In this document: positions 15,155 to 35,380 of the stretch, piece after piece | How positions within the stretch are numbered: position 1 is the stretch's first letter | How the letters are laid out: the number at the start of each line of letters is the position of its first letter | Source of the DNA: the human T2T-CHM13v2.0 reference genome, Homo sapiens | Direction: 5' to 3' (one strand) | Assembly (NCBI RefSeq): GCF_009914755.1 | Contig: NC_060926.1 | DNA: 64,000 bases | Program-made: the position numbers and the translations under genes | The notes under the pieces: generated by a model | What the model was told of the DNA's origin: nothing | The model's database searches: none | The model's input: only the letters and a program-made list of their open reading frames with translations

Positions 15155-15779
15155 TTTAAAGACATTCTAATGATGCTTCATAGAAGTTCTGATGTGCTTG
15201 ATCAATTTGTGTATCTGCCTCTTGCAAATGAGACTCCTTTTTCTTTGCAGATAAATTTAAATGCTTTTCAAGGATAGAGTAATATTTTTCACTCTTTGTC
15301 AAACTTCTTTCCATCTTTTACTGCACCTATCTGTTCTTTTTGAAATTTCTCAAGTGGTGCAATTAATACATCATTAGCCTTTTGGATCAGTCTTCACCTT
15401 TCTTCTTCTGCTGCAATGAGTAGTCTTGCAAATTCTTTTAGTGACTGACTAATACTAATTTCATCATCTGTTTCAGCATTATCAATACATTCAAATTGGA
15501 AATCTTGTAATGACTGGGAAAATTTCTGCACTGCCATAGACAGATCCCCAACCTGGGTAGAGGTGTGTTCCTTTGGAAAGGGTGAAAGGGTAAGGGAACT
15601 GGGTAGGCAATCAACATTACCTGTCCTCAACGCCCCAGTGAGCGGAGAGCCCTCCTTAATGAGCTCCTTGATGAACTTGTTGGTTCGCTCCAGTTCAATC
15701 TCCTGACACTGCAAGCGCTCCCTGAAATCCGGGCTGTCCAAGTAGGAATCGCTGAACTCCAGAGTAGGCAGCCCCATGG

Positions 15780-16072
15780 CACAGGCGCTGTCAGCGGCGT
15801 CCGCGGGCACGTCTGGGCCGGCGGTCAGGGCAGCAGCTGGCGGCGGCGGCGGCGGGCGCTGGGGACGCGCGATAGCGGGGAAGGCGCTGCTGGGACGCCA
15901 GGGGACTGATCGCTGAAAGGAAACGGGCCCGCGCGCTGCAGCCACCTGAGCCGGGCTCAGTCTTCCTCTCCCGGGGCGAGGCAGCGCAGGCCTGGCGGAG
16001 GGCCTAGGCGCCGGTCCGCTCAGGTTGCTGTCAACGGGAGGCACCGTCTTTCGGAGCGCTGGGACTGCGAGC
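15780..16072. promoter_or_regulatory. CpG-rich 5' UTR of the ARHGAP42 retrocopy
   Basis: GC-rich with many retained CpGs and a short (GGC)n run inside AT-rich flanks; activity not shown. Confidence 0.5.
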
Positions 16073-16511
16073 AACATTGTTGATTATTAAAGAAGCACAC
16101 AATAGAAGTGCTAATTTTATTTTATGAGTTCCTTGATAATTTTTAGAATCTTTTGTAGGAAAAAAAAGTAGTGTGTTTTTGCTTGCCCCAGGCTTCCCTG
16201 TGTGAAAGCTGCTTTTTCTCAACTTTCAAAAATGAGTTTCTGATTGACATTAATGATTCTGTTAAACCTCTATATAAGGCAAAGGCAATTGGGAACATCT
16301 GGAAAGGCATTTGGAAACTTCCAAAATTATAAATATTTGCATTTAAATTTCCAAAGCCAGTTGTGTTCATTAGTTTTATTTTTTTAATTTTTCCTAAGAA
16401 ATTATCTCACAAAAAGCAAGAGGCCTCTAGTGTAACTAGTTTTCATTTTTCCTGTTACTGGAGTCAGATCAGCTGAAGCATGTTCAACCTCTCCCCTGTG
16501 GGCCAGTTACA

Positions 16512-16578
16512 GGGGAAGGAAGGAAGGGGGGGAGGGAGGAAGGGAGAAAGGGAGGGAGGGAGGGAGGAAGGGAGGGAA
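16512..16578 (+). repeat. GA-rich (GGAG/GGAA)n low-complexity tract
   Basis: Pure purine run. Confidence 0.85.
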
Positions 16579-17245
16579 ATTTAGTCCTGGGGATACACTA
16601 ACAGTTCCAGAAACAGAAGCAATTTATTTTCTCAATTTCTTTCTTACCTTCTTTTACACTATCATTCACTAATTAATTCAATCACCAGCATGGTTTTACA
16701 TGTCCAGCTTCTTTCCTTTTCTTAAAAATCTCTTCCAATCACACCGTCTTTTTCTTAAAAGCTTCAAATTTCCCATAGTTATTTTATTCAAAAGCCACAA
16801 GGTTCAACATGATTTTGGCATACACTCTGGATCACAGAATAGAATTAGAAACCTTGGCATGGCCCAACACACACATACACACACACACACGACACAGCTT
16901 TCTGATCAGCAGCTTTTGGAAATGGAGTACTGCTGTGGAAGTAGAAAGGGGATTTTCCTATTATTAGGGACCTACAATGTGGTAGGCACTAAGACAAACA
17001 TCTGACTTCATTACTCTAATCCTCAGAAATCTCTGTAGTGTGCCCATTCCTATATCACAGATGAGATATTAGTTCATGAAAGCTGTCCTCTATCCAAGGT
17101 TACGTAATTTGTGCCGAGTTATACAGCAAAATTGGAATGCCGGTCTCTAATCTCTAAAGCCCATACTTTCCCTACTGTAGTTTATTGCCTCTCCTAGGAA
17201 ATTTCTTCCTCCATGACAATATCATGAAGAAGGGGAAACTATTGC

Positions 17246-17377
17246 TTGTCACTTCTGAGTTAGTATGAACACTTCTTCCATCCTCGAGCATGAATAATGT
17301 AGAGACACCACCAATTCTGTTGGAGAGCAGAAATAAGCTTAAGGTTGTTCAACTTCCTAGCCACCCTAGTTCCTTTC
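17246..17377 (-). pseudogene. Weak candidate exon of the PTEN/tensin-like relic (start of C2)
   Basis: ttctttcttgcatctggtcag| acceptor; KGTRVARKLNNLKLISA then, after a frameshift, IGGVSTLFMLEDGRSVHTN (tensin GGCRPFLRIYQAMQPVYTS). Confidence 0.25.
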
Positions 17378-18430
17378 CTGACCAGATGCAAGAAAGAATT
17401 ATTAAAGAACTCTGTGAAATTGACCTTTGGTGTGGGAAGAAAGCATAACAAGATGGTGAATCAAACATTGTGTTGCATTTAGCATTTATTATAGATTATT
17501 ATGCAAAGTGAAGTAAAATTTTGTTAAATGCAAAATTGTCTATAAGAACAGCATAACCTGTGCTTAATCCTACTTCTCTGCGATCACGTGATAAGTTAGT
17601 CACATGATTGGGATTTTAGACATGATGGTGCAGAGAGGTAAATAACTTGCCCCAGTCACATAGCAAATAAATGGCAGAATCAGAATTCAAATCCAGTCTT
17701 TCATGACTCCAAAGGGCCTGAGTTCTTTCCAATACACCAATGGTTCTCAACTTCAGAGTGTATCCGAATTACTAGACAGTGTGTTCAAAGTAAAGCTAGA
17801 TACCCAAGCTTTGACACTGCTGAATGGGCATTTCCAGGGTCAGGATGTATGTTTGTTTGTTTGTTTGTTTGAGCAACTTTCTAGGCAACCCTGCTATATG
17901 ATGAAGTTTGACGGCCATACTACTATACCATGCTGCCTTATGGAGTTATAGAAATGATCCTAGCTAAAGCATTAAAAACATGTAGACTAATCTTTACATC
18001 TTATGGGAGTTACTAGTGAACTAGCAAAAATTTTAACATTTTGTGAATTTTTGTTAATCTGTACATTGGGTACATATATATATATGTATGTAAGCAGGTC
18101 TTTGTAGGTTAATGGGACTAAATAATACAGTTATTTTTGAAGAGCAAGACTTAGTAAAATAATTAAAGACCAAAGATTCTCATGACTTGAAAAGTTTGAC
18201 TGGAAAAGCTTCAATGAGCCCAATGAAGTAGAGGCCAAATCTCCTGTGGATACTACCAAATGAGGTCATGTGGCTAACGCGTTGATTATAAGAGACCACA
18301 TTAAGGGCTTCTGAATTGTTTCAAAAGCATTATATAAATTTAATGCCCCCAACCCAATTCCTGCTTCTAATAAAAACACAGTGTTAGTGTCTGACTACAG
18401 AAGTCATACATGAGGAGTTTCTATTTTTAT

Positions 18431-18531
18431 TTTTTATTTTATTTACTTAATTTTTTTTGAGATGAAGTCTCACTCTGTTGCCCAAGCTAGAGTGCAGTGG
18501 CACAATCGTGGCTCACTGCAACCTCCACCTC
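18431..18531 (-). mobile_element. Truncated Alu (3' part of right arm only)
   Basis: Alu sequence stops abruptly at gcaacctccacctcc and joins old L1M-like sequence. Confidence 0.85.
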
Positions 18532-18799
18532 CTACACTCTCATTTTTACAGAGTTTTCCTGACTGTTCTCATTGCATATACTTCTTGATTAAATTTAAGA
18601 TAATCTTGCCAGGTTTTTAAAAATCTTGGGAGTTTGATTGGAATTACTTTATAGATATACTTTAGAAACATTTAGCATATTTAAAATATTGATTCTTCCT
18701 ATCCAAGAACAAAGTTTTCCCATTTATTCAATTTTTGTTGTTTTTTGTTATTATATTCATTTATGATTAATTTGTTATATTTTAAATGTCCACATTTGA

Positions 18800-19163
<364 letters not shown>

Positions 19164-20178
19164 TTTTTATATAATTTTTAATCAGCGGACACCTTACTGA
19201 ACTATAGTACACTTTAGCTTTTTAAAAAAGCTGCTTCTGTTTTCCAGGTATGCAATTATATAATCCTATAGTAATTTTTGTGACTGTCTTTTTAATATCT
19301 ATATTTCTTCATTAATTTTAGTTTTCTTTCTAATTACTTACATGGCTAGGACCTCAGAACAATGTTAAATAGTAGTTGTGACTGTAGGCATTATTTCTAG
19401 CCCTGGCTTTACAAGCAGTATTCCTAGCTTTTCACCATTAAGAATGACATTGGCTAGCAAATTTAAATATATATTGTTTAATCATTTTATTCCTATTCTA
19501 GTGAATTCATTTAATTAAATTGGAAATGAAAACTAAACATCATCTTAAACTTTTCAAAATACATGTAGATTATTAAATAGTTTTTCTCTTTTTGAGTTAA
19601 ATTAAATTAATAAGTTTCCTGGTATTCAATAAACCATGTATTCATGGAATGAACTACTTCATTGTTATCACATACTGTTTATATAGCTTTGTATTCCAGT
19701 AGTTGCAATTTCAGATTTTGACATCAATTTTCATGTCTGGCCTAGACCTTTATAATAACAACTGATATTGCTCATTTAAAAATCCACTGTTGCTCCTCTC
19801 CAGTTTATTTATATTTTCCAATTTCTTCAGTTAGCTGCTTAATTTACATGTTTTTGTTCTTTTAATGGCTGCTTATAGAAGCACCTTTGTAAATTCAGAG
19901 GATTGTGATTCTTTTTCCAGTTGATTAGAGCCAAGTGACATCTAAATATGCGTACAGTGCATCAGTGAATAGGGTTTATGTACACAGACACATCATCAAT
20001 ACATAAGACATTCCAAGTATCACATAACTGTGCAGCTGTGCCCCATCCTTTTCTTCCTGGTGTTTTGGTGCAGCCACCAAAATCTGATAGGTATGCCGGT
20101 TACGGGAGTAGGTGCAGTTATAGCCAGGCATGATGCTGACTTACCTCACTGTATTTCCTTCTGCTTAATCTTCTGTAG

Positions 20179-20355
20179 ACATGCTGTGCAACTTAACATC
20201 ACTGCCACCCAGCGGCTCTTATGGCTAGTGAGATGCCAAAGCTGGAAGCCTTTATACATATCTCTACTGCCTTTTCAAATGGTAACCTGAAGCACATCGA
20301 TGAAGTTGTTTATTCGTGCCCTGTGGAGCCAAAAAAAAATCTGTGATTCCCTTGA
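20179..20355 (+). pseudogene. FAR2P: FAR2 unprocessed pseudogene exon (HAVQLN...IIDSLE exon)
   Basis: tgtag| acceptor; [12 protein letters not shown].. / [35 protein letters not shown]; frameshifts; donor reads ataat instead of gtaag. Confidence 0.92.
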
Positions 20356-21595
20356 ATAATTCGTCAAATAAAGGGATCCAGGTGTGAGTAGAATGTTGCT
20401 CTCTTTGATTCTTTGTAGCTATTAATGAGATGATGAAGTGAAACACTTTTGAAGCAAAATGCTTTGAAACACTGCTAGCCTTAGCTACCTTGTCCCTGCT
20501 AGCTCCTTCATCCCCTGGTGGGGAATATACTGCTGAAAGAGAAGGGGGATAGAAAATTCTTAAAGAAACATTTTGCTAAACTGTATAGGATTGCATGAGG
20601 TACTTGGGAATATTATACATAGAAGTGGTTTCTCACTTCTTAATGAACTTAACATTGTCACTAGATAAAGCAAGTACATTGTATAGTATAAAAGTTCAGA
20701 AGAAAAATTTTTGAGTCAGACATGAGTTCGGCATAGCTCCACAACTAACTAGCTGTGTGACTTTGAGAAAGCCCCTTGGCTTCTCTGAACCCCAGGTCCT
20801 TCATTTGTAAAATGGGCCCATTTGATTGTTGTGAGGTTGAATAAAGTTATATAAAACACTTATTGCAGTGCTAGGGAGTGTTTAATATCAGTTAATCAAA
20901 TGATTAGTAAAGAAGAACTAATGAAGAATAAGAATTGCTCCAAGATCTGGCAGAAGGTCTCTTGACTTCTTTGGTTAAGACACCCTTTCCTTACTGTCCT
21001 ATTATGCAAGAGAAATAGTGTCTAGGATTTTTCTCTTCTTGCCAAACAGCAGAAACCACTTTCATCCTAGGACACAGCTCGGGTCTCAGGATAGGTTTGT
21101 TTTCTGTTTCTTTATTCTGCTCCATTTCACTAAGTTTACCTTGTTTTTTGTTCTATTTTTTTTAAAAACTCTACATAAAAATAATTATACCAGAAAAATG
21201 GACTCTTTCACAGTAAATTTATTACATTATAATTTTCTATAATATTGTATTTACATTTAATATATACTCTTTAAAAAGCTTTAGCTTAATTAAGAGTTCA
21301 TTCCCTTCAGGGGAAACATTTTTATCTCCTCCAGCTCTGAGAATAGATATTTTTGTCTGTCATAAAAATGTGCAGGACAGAGAAGAATGAAAGTCATCTA
21401 AAGGACCTGGAGGTTACTTAAAGTTGCTAATAAATGGAGGTTTGCTACATTGATACAGAGAAACATTTTAGAGTGCAGAATTTATCAGGATAGTGGGAGA
21501 AAAGGCAGGTGTACCCTGAGGCCCAACATCAAGGCAATAAACTATGTTTAAAACCTCAGAGCATTTTCAGGATAGAATTGACTTCTGTCAGTTAC

Positions 21596-21757
21596 CCTCT
21601 TATGGTGTTGTCTCTTGGCAAATGTGATGCTTCCATATTTGATATACCAAGGAGAGGGGCAGACTCCTTTTGTTTCCAGGCCATTTCCTGGGACTTTCTC
21701 CACTGCTGATCTCTCTAACACCTGACAGGTCGTAGTGCAATTTGAGGCAGCAAGAGT
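21596..21757 (-). pseudogene. Candidate exon of a decayed PTEN/tensin-like gene (end of phosphatase domain)
   Basis: cttcttttctctgatgaaccctcag| ... |gtaact; open 54 codons TLAASNCTTTCQVLERSAVEKVPGNGLETKGVCPSPWYIKYG, compare tensin SNISASADQALDRFAMKR and PTEN KKGVTIPSQRRYVYY. Confidence 0.5.
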
Positions 21758-22720
21758 CTGAGGGTTCATCAGAGAAAAGAAGTAGGAGTTCACTGCTAAC
21801 GAAGGGCTTCTCTATGTACTCCATACCACCATGTCCAGACACTAAATAATGGGTTTCAAAGAAGAATAAACTCACCTCCCAGAGGAAGAGTTGATTTATC
21901 TTCAGGCATTCAGCACTTTCCACACTCCCTCAAGTATGTGATATATGAACAAACTGCAATTGACATTTTTACAAAATTTTTAATGTTCATCTGTCATTAC
22001 TGTTCTCCAAGGATAACAATTATTTAAGCAACTAATTAGAACCAGGAATGAAATTATTTTATCTCAACAGATACCTTTTGCATGCAATTAAGGAATGAAG
22101 TTTTTTTAAAAAAACAGAAAAAGTCATACTTACTATTTGTTAATTCAAAATTAATTAGGACATCCAGGAACAGCTGTCGAGGCTCATTTCTCTCAGCCCT
22201 CCCCTTACCTTCATGCTGCAGTCACAAGGAAGTAAGGCCTCCTCTCCTCACACTCTGCCTGCCTTTGCGCTCAAAGCTCTCTGTTCCTAGAGCCTATTTC
22301 CCCTTCTGCTTCACCTGGTTAATTCTCACTCAGACATCAAGGCTCCCTGTGAAGCTCTCTGGCTTAGGCAGCCTTCCCGAGTGCCCCATAGTACCCAGTG
22401 CTCAGCTTTATTATTGCTTGTAACACAGCTCATTCTGAATGTCTGGTTGCTTATCTACATTTTCCATTAGACAATGACCGTCTCAATGGAAGAGAATATT
22501 TCTTGCTCCTCTTTGCATCTTCAGCTAGGGACTCAATGCTTGCTGAATGAATGAAAAGTTTTTGGTGGAACTAGATGATTGTTGTTCATGCTGTTCTGAC
22601 TGTTTTTGTTTGCTTGTTTTGACTGGAACAAGAATAGATGACAGAATTCCATAGCAAGCTAATATTTGGGGATGCAGAAGTCTTATGTACAAAATATCTA
22701 TTTATATCCCCACATCTTAC

Positions 22721-22850
22721 CCGTTTCTGATTGTTTTTTTCTTCTTAAACTTTGAATGAAACCTATATGTGAAGCTTTGAATAGCACTTTAAACAAAGCC
22801 CAGCAACCCCTCTCCACCTATACCATCATCTATGACTATTTCAATAACTC
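22721..22850 (-). pseudogene. Candidate exon of a decayed PTEN/TPTE-like gene (acid loop and P-loop equivalent)
   Basis: tag| ... |gtaag; VIEIVIDDGIGGEGLLGFV*SAIQSFTYRFHSKFKKKKT, compare TPTE2 VSRIMIDDHN and PTEN IHCKAGKGRT. Confidence 0.45.
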
Positions 22851-23185
22851 CTATACCAGATGGAAGTTTTGGTAGTTTTAGAATGGCAAATAACGTTAAA
22901 AATCATTATGAATAAATATTAATTTACCTAAACACAGGTTTAGTTTTTTGTTTGAAGAAAATACTTTTTCTTTGATGAGTTCTCTATTTAGTAATTGGCC
23001 TGTGTTAAAAAAGAATTATTTTCAAAGGTTTTTAGGTTTCTATTTCCCCTGGGAGTTTATCTTTTAGTGAAACAGAGAAATACCTAGGGAAGAGTTTTTT
23101 TTTTTTTTTTTTTTTTTCTGAACAGTAACTTCAAGGGGTCTAGCAGCTGTCATTTGCTCTTAGTATTTCAGCCATTCTTAAGGAA

Positions 23186-23312
23186 CCAGGAGTTAGACAT
23201 CAAGATAATCTTGAAGCTGTACTCTGGGCATTGTGATCTCAAAAACATAGCCATGACAATGTAAAAGGAAACTTTATTTTTCCAGAAAATCTGTTGAATG
23301 GGAATTCTAGTT
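23186..23312 (-). pseudogene. Candidate exon of a decayed PTEN-like gene (phosphatase N-terminal part)
   Basis: ccttctttatcttccag| acceptor; LEFPFNRFSG then, frameshifted, VMAMFLRSQCPEYSFKII, compare PTEN MGFPAERLEG...VVRFLDSKHKNHYKIY. Donor unclear. Confidence 0.45.
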
Positions 23313-25068
23313 CTGGAAGATAAAGAAGGATTTGCATTTTTGGCCAGGACCTTTCTGATGGCTTGGGCAGAAGTGATACTGCTCAGTGCTGTTAATAAAG
23401 TGAATGGGACTGTGAACTTCAACCTCGTGCTAACATCCTGGTCCCTACCTTTGCAGGCCTAACGTCTCTCCTCGTTCAGCTCCCCTGATTTTCTATCCGG
23501 CCTATATCCTGAGACTGTCGGGCCTGAGCTCCCTTTCTTTAGCACCTATGTAAAAACTTTAGAATTACCTTGGCTCTGAAATATTCCAGAAAGATGAAAT
23601 TTGATTTTGTTAGCACAAAAACTTTAGCATGTTAGCATAAAAATATTTTCAAATAACTTAAATCAGAAGTTAATGCTTTTAATGAGTAGGACAAGCATGG
23701 CCATTAATCAGTGTTAAACAACAATTTTCCTGGCTCTTATACCTGTAGTTGTCTTCTGCCCCTCATCCCAGCCACCAGTTCCCATCCTGACTCATCTCTA
23801 TCTTCATATTAACAGCTTCTGCCTATTTGGTGTATTTACCTTGGAAATTTATGGGCATAAATGGATCAGGGATTGCCAGTGAAATTCTGGTTTTCCAGAA
23901 TAACGGTTTACGTAGAACGTTTATTTTTAAAAATGCATATAACTGACCAAGAAAGGCAGAGTTTTATGGTTGGTGCTTTTCTTATGTTTTAGGTCAAGGT
24001 AACTCCTCTTAAGGGAACCAGTGTAGAAGAAAAGGGCTTCTGCACCTGTATAAAAACCTGAAATAACTAGAATTAGGAACTAGAAAAATGGAATCACAAA
24101 TACTTATTGGTTTATTGAACATATGTAAATAAATCTGAAATAAGAAGGGAAGGGAGGAGATGAATCATTATTGAGCAATCACTGTGAGGAAGACACTTTC
24201 ACAGACATTTATTTCCATAACTTAATATTGTAGGGTTGATTTATCATCACTGCTATGCTAATTAAGGAGCAAAAAGCTCAGGAAGGCTAAGTAACTCCTT
24301 GAAAGTCTATCAAGACTTCCAAGAAAGGTATCCATGGCCACTTGATTCTGAAGCTCATGGTCTTTCCAGTCTACTCACATACTCGGCAGTGTTAGAGATT
24401 AAAAGGTGCTTTCTTAGCATATAGACTGTGTTCCCAAGGACCTCACATCCCAGACAAATAGAACAGGGCAGAATTAGACACGTGGGGTGGTGGGAAAACA
24501 GTACATATTAAGCCTGGTGGAGTGGAGAGAGGCATATGAGGTGACTTGGAAGAGTGGGAAGATTGTGGGTAGGTGAGATGTGCGCACGTGCCAGGCAGGG
24601 CAACTGGAGCTGGGAAACCCAGGCATGTTTGGGACACAGCCAGAAGTCCCTCTTGGCAGCACATGTGTGTAGGGAAGCAGTTAGAGATCAAGCTGGAGAG
24701 GCAGGCTGGGCTGTACTGTGGAGATTTTGCATACCATGCAGAGGAATTGGATTTAATTCTCTAGGCAGTGGAGCCCCATTGAAGGAGGGCCATGTGTGTG
24801 TATGTGGTTTTGTGTGTAATTTTTGGTTGTTTGCTCATTTGTTTTTATCATGGAAAGACACTGATGAAAGTGGGCTTCAGTAATATTGATATGGCCAGGG
24901 GTTGGGGGAGGCAGTGGATTAGCAATGTGTTTTGGGAAAGAAAACAAAAAAACAATTGGACATGGCTACTGCTTTGCTTATGGAATTACACATACCAAAT
25001 TAACTCCAGATTAGAACATGCATACTTGCCATGTTTTACATTTCTAGTACCAGGGATTTAATTCTTTT

Positions 25069-26153
25069 TTTTTTAATAAATGAGAAAGTAGAGTTTATTC
25101 AGTTTAAGTAGTTTTAGTAAGATCATATTATTAGTGAGAACTGGGACCAAACAGATTTTCTGACTACAAATAGATATTTCCATTGGAACAGATATACATC
25201 TATAAGTATACAGACATGCATACACATATTTCTTTACTGCTCATAAATCAATGCCAATTAGTCCTTATTAGAATGTGGGATGTATAAACGTAAGAGAATT
25301 TTCATGTGAAAATTGACAGATACACTTTTTAATTGTCCTAAGATGGATTTAATTATTTTTCTTTAATGTTATTTTTATGAGAAGTGATATAACTTTATTG
25401 ATAATGCATACAATAACTCTTTGTTTTGCACATTGTTTGGAAATACAATGTATTTTGCAAGTAACTAAAGCCTAATTTAAATTAAAATTTTAAATTTTCA
25501 ATCATTTTAATTGTTATTATTATTATACTTTAAGTTCTGGGATACATGTGGAGAACGTGCAGGTTTGTTACATAGGTAGACACATGACATGTTAGTTTGC
25601 CGCACCCATCAACCTCTCATCTACATTAGGTGCTGGAAATGATGTGGAAAAATAAGAACGCTTTTACACTGTTGGTGGGAGTGTAAACTAGTTCAACCAT
25701 TGGGGAAGACAGTGTGGCTATTCCTCCATGATCTAGAACCAGAAATACCAATTGACTTCACAATCCCGTTTCTGAGTATATACCCAAAGATTATAAATCA
25801 TTCTACTATAAAGACACATGCACACACATGTTTATTGCAGCACCGTTCCCAATAACAAAGACTTGGAACCAACCCAAATGCCCATCAATGATAGACTGGA
25901 AAAAAAATATGTGGCACATATACTCCATGGAATACTCTGCAGCCATAAAAAAGGATGAGTTCATGTCCTTTGCAGGGACATGGATGAAGCTGGAAGCCAT
26001 CATTCTCAGCAAACACAGGAACAGAAAACCAAACACCGCATGTTCTCACTCATAAGTGGGAGTTGAACAATGAAAACACATGGATACAGGGAAGAAAACA
26101 TCACACACTGGGGCCGGTTGAGGGTTGGCGAGCTAGGGAAGGGATAGCATTGG
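25069..26153 (-). mobile_element. 5'-inverted (twin-primed) L1PA carrying a ~430 bp 3' transduction
   Basis: TSD gggatttaattctttt at 25053-25068 and 26154-26169; T-run 25065-25074 with AATAAA (tttatt 25094-25099); unique DNA ~25075-25505; L1 3' end on minus ~25510-25632; inverted L1 piece on plus ~25630-26153. Confidence 0.85.
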
Positions 26154-26169
26154 GGGATTTAATTCTTTT

Positions 26170-32349
<6,180 letters not shown>

Positions 32350-34449
32350 AGGGGATTTAATTCTTTTAAAATTCAGTTCTGTTGAAATGTTTACTTCAAG
32401 AAGCAATGCGTTTTTGAGAGCTAGTCCTGATATATTCAAATCTTAATGACTTAAGTTGGTGGAGCGGACTTCTTTAAATTAGTGATTCCCTAATTTGCCT
32501 GACTGTTGGAATTTCCAGGGCATATTGAAAATACAGATTATCCAGACTCTTACCTCTGCAGATGTATTTAGTGGTTCTAAAATGGCACCCAGGAGTCTGG
32601 ATTTTTCCCAGGGGCCTTGTGTAATTCACACTGATGACCAGGCAAGTTTGGGAAATAGTGCCTTAAGGAGATTTTTCATTAAGCAGTCTTCATTTGAAAT
32701 GAGGATCATTTATCTTCTAATACCCCATGCTTCCTCTTTCTCCTGCCTTCCTCACCTTCTGTTGTCTTTCAGTTCCTAGAAGCTTTAATTGAATGAAAGT
32801 TCCTCATGGATCTGTACCTACTAAAAACCACACTTCTGAAGCTACATGGCCACCAGAAGACATAGCTAGTCTGCCATGTAAAAAAGGAAAGGTGGCGTGT
32901 GCCCTAAGGGTGCAGGGGTGAGAGGCAGGGAAATGGAGACCCCCACAGCCAGCATCAGTGGCCCTCATCACAGCCCTCCAGGAGATAGGAAAGGAGGTCA
33001 GACGTTGGACAGTAGCCTTTCCTTCCTGCTATAGAACACATTGTTAACACCAAAAAAGCTGATCTCTTCTAGGGGAATGGTGAAAGCTGACTCTACAACT
33101 TGTGCTTTTAATTTCAGGATGGCACAGCTTCTAAATGGCATCTAAGTTGCTGATATAAAAATGAAAATTCTGTGTACTTTGATATTAGCAGGCTTCAAAT
33201 ACAAACCAGAGTAAGATTAAATTGTTTCTTAATCAAATCGAATAATTTTCACATTGGCAGTCCATTTGGCATCTGGCTCATGTTTGGGCTAGGCTGAGTA
33301 GTCTGTGAAAGTCTGGAGGGAAATACAGAGACTAATCCTCCATAAGCATTAGGCTCAGAAATACCCTGCTTCCCTGTGACAAGTTTAAATTGATTTGACG
33401 CCACCTTCACCAAACCGAGGTTGGTCAACACTTTTCACCACTGCCACTGCACACTTTGACTTCCAATTTTGCTTCCTGTTCTATGAAGATATCCCCTTCC
33501 TTCCTTTCTCACATTCTCCCTATAACCTCATCTTCCTTTCATCCACTCTCTCTCATCATTGTCCATCTCTGCTTCCCAAAACCTTATATAGTGCAGAAAT
33601 TGGCCAATCAGGATTACCATGTGGAAGAGCATTGATTTACTGAATAAGGTAGCTGGCTCCTGGGGGCAGAAAAGTGATTGGACACAGAGATAAAAATCAT
33701 AATCCCTGTTCTCCTGGACTCACTGTCCAGTGGGGAGACAGACACATAAACAAATACAACTTGACAACTACAACAATCAAGTGAATTATATAATTTAGAC
33801 TGGAGAAAGAGAGACCAAATGTTATCATAAGACAGTGTATCCACTACTTACTCTCTAACAGATTTCCTCATAAACCACTAGGCTTGCCAACTTGTTGCGT
33901 AAGAAAATTGGAGGGTCGGGGAGGGGAAATACATATGCCTCTTGGCATTTCATTCCGTAAATACATAAATAATGTAATTATTAATGATATCATCATGTTC
34001 ATTCAATAAGTTTGTAACCCCAAAATTGATAGTAATCTTTAGAAGAAATTGTATATGTGTCTATGCATGTACACGCATAGACATATACATATTGCTTTCT
34101 GAAATTTTCAATGACTTTATGCTTCTTCTGAAGCAATTCGAGTTTAGAATTTGAGACCCCTGGGTCAAAACATCTTCTTGAGTATACTGAAGAACATTTC
34201 GATTAATTTCAGACATGTATTTTGGTTTACATAGTGTTTTTTATCCATGGTAACTTATTTACTGTTTAAAAACATACTGAGGACAAACAACAGCAGCAAC
34301 CCTGAATTGAGTGAAAGTCCTGAGAAGGGCTTTTCCCAGTCAGTGCATGTGCGTGTTTACACTAATCTCCTGTCTGAACCTAGGAACTGGCTGAATGAGC
34401 TAGCAGATGGTCTGTCTGGCTGTATTATTAATGATAATTTATTTTTATT

Positions 34450-34857
<408 letters not shown>

Positions 34858-35084
34858 TAGGTTTTTGGCTCATTTTGTTTTATCAAAGATCTTAAATGCA
34901 GTTGTGAATATTTTTGTTTACCCTCATAATAGCCTGAGAATTTAGAATGAATATAATTATTGCTATTTTCACAAGTAAAATTGGAATGAGAAGATAAAAC
35001 AGTGGAATACAGGTGTAACTAAGAACAGCAGAGGCAAGCCATCTATAGAATATTAAAATTTCTTGCATGTGTATTACCAACATT

Positions 35085-35380
<296 letters not shown>

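Noticed and set aside
23313-23422. AQAIRKVLAKN resembling the PTEN N-terminal helix
   Set aside because: Lies upstream of the apparent acceptor and lacks the following DLDLTY motif; may be chance.
33249-33431. Minus ORF with protein-like composition (NAYGGLVSVFPSRLSQTTQPSPNMSQMPNGLPM)
   Set aside because: Could not assign to any family and no clear splice sites; left uncalled, a blastx would settle it.
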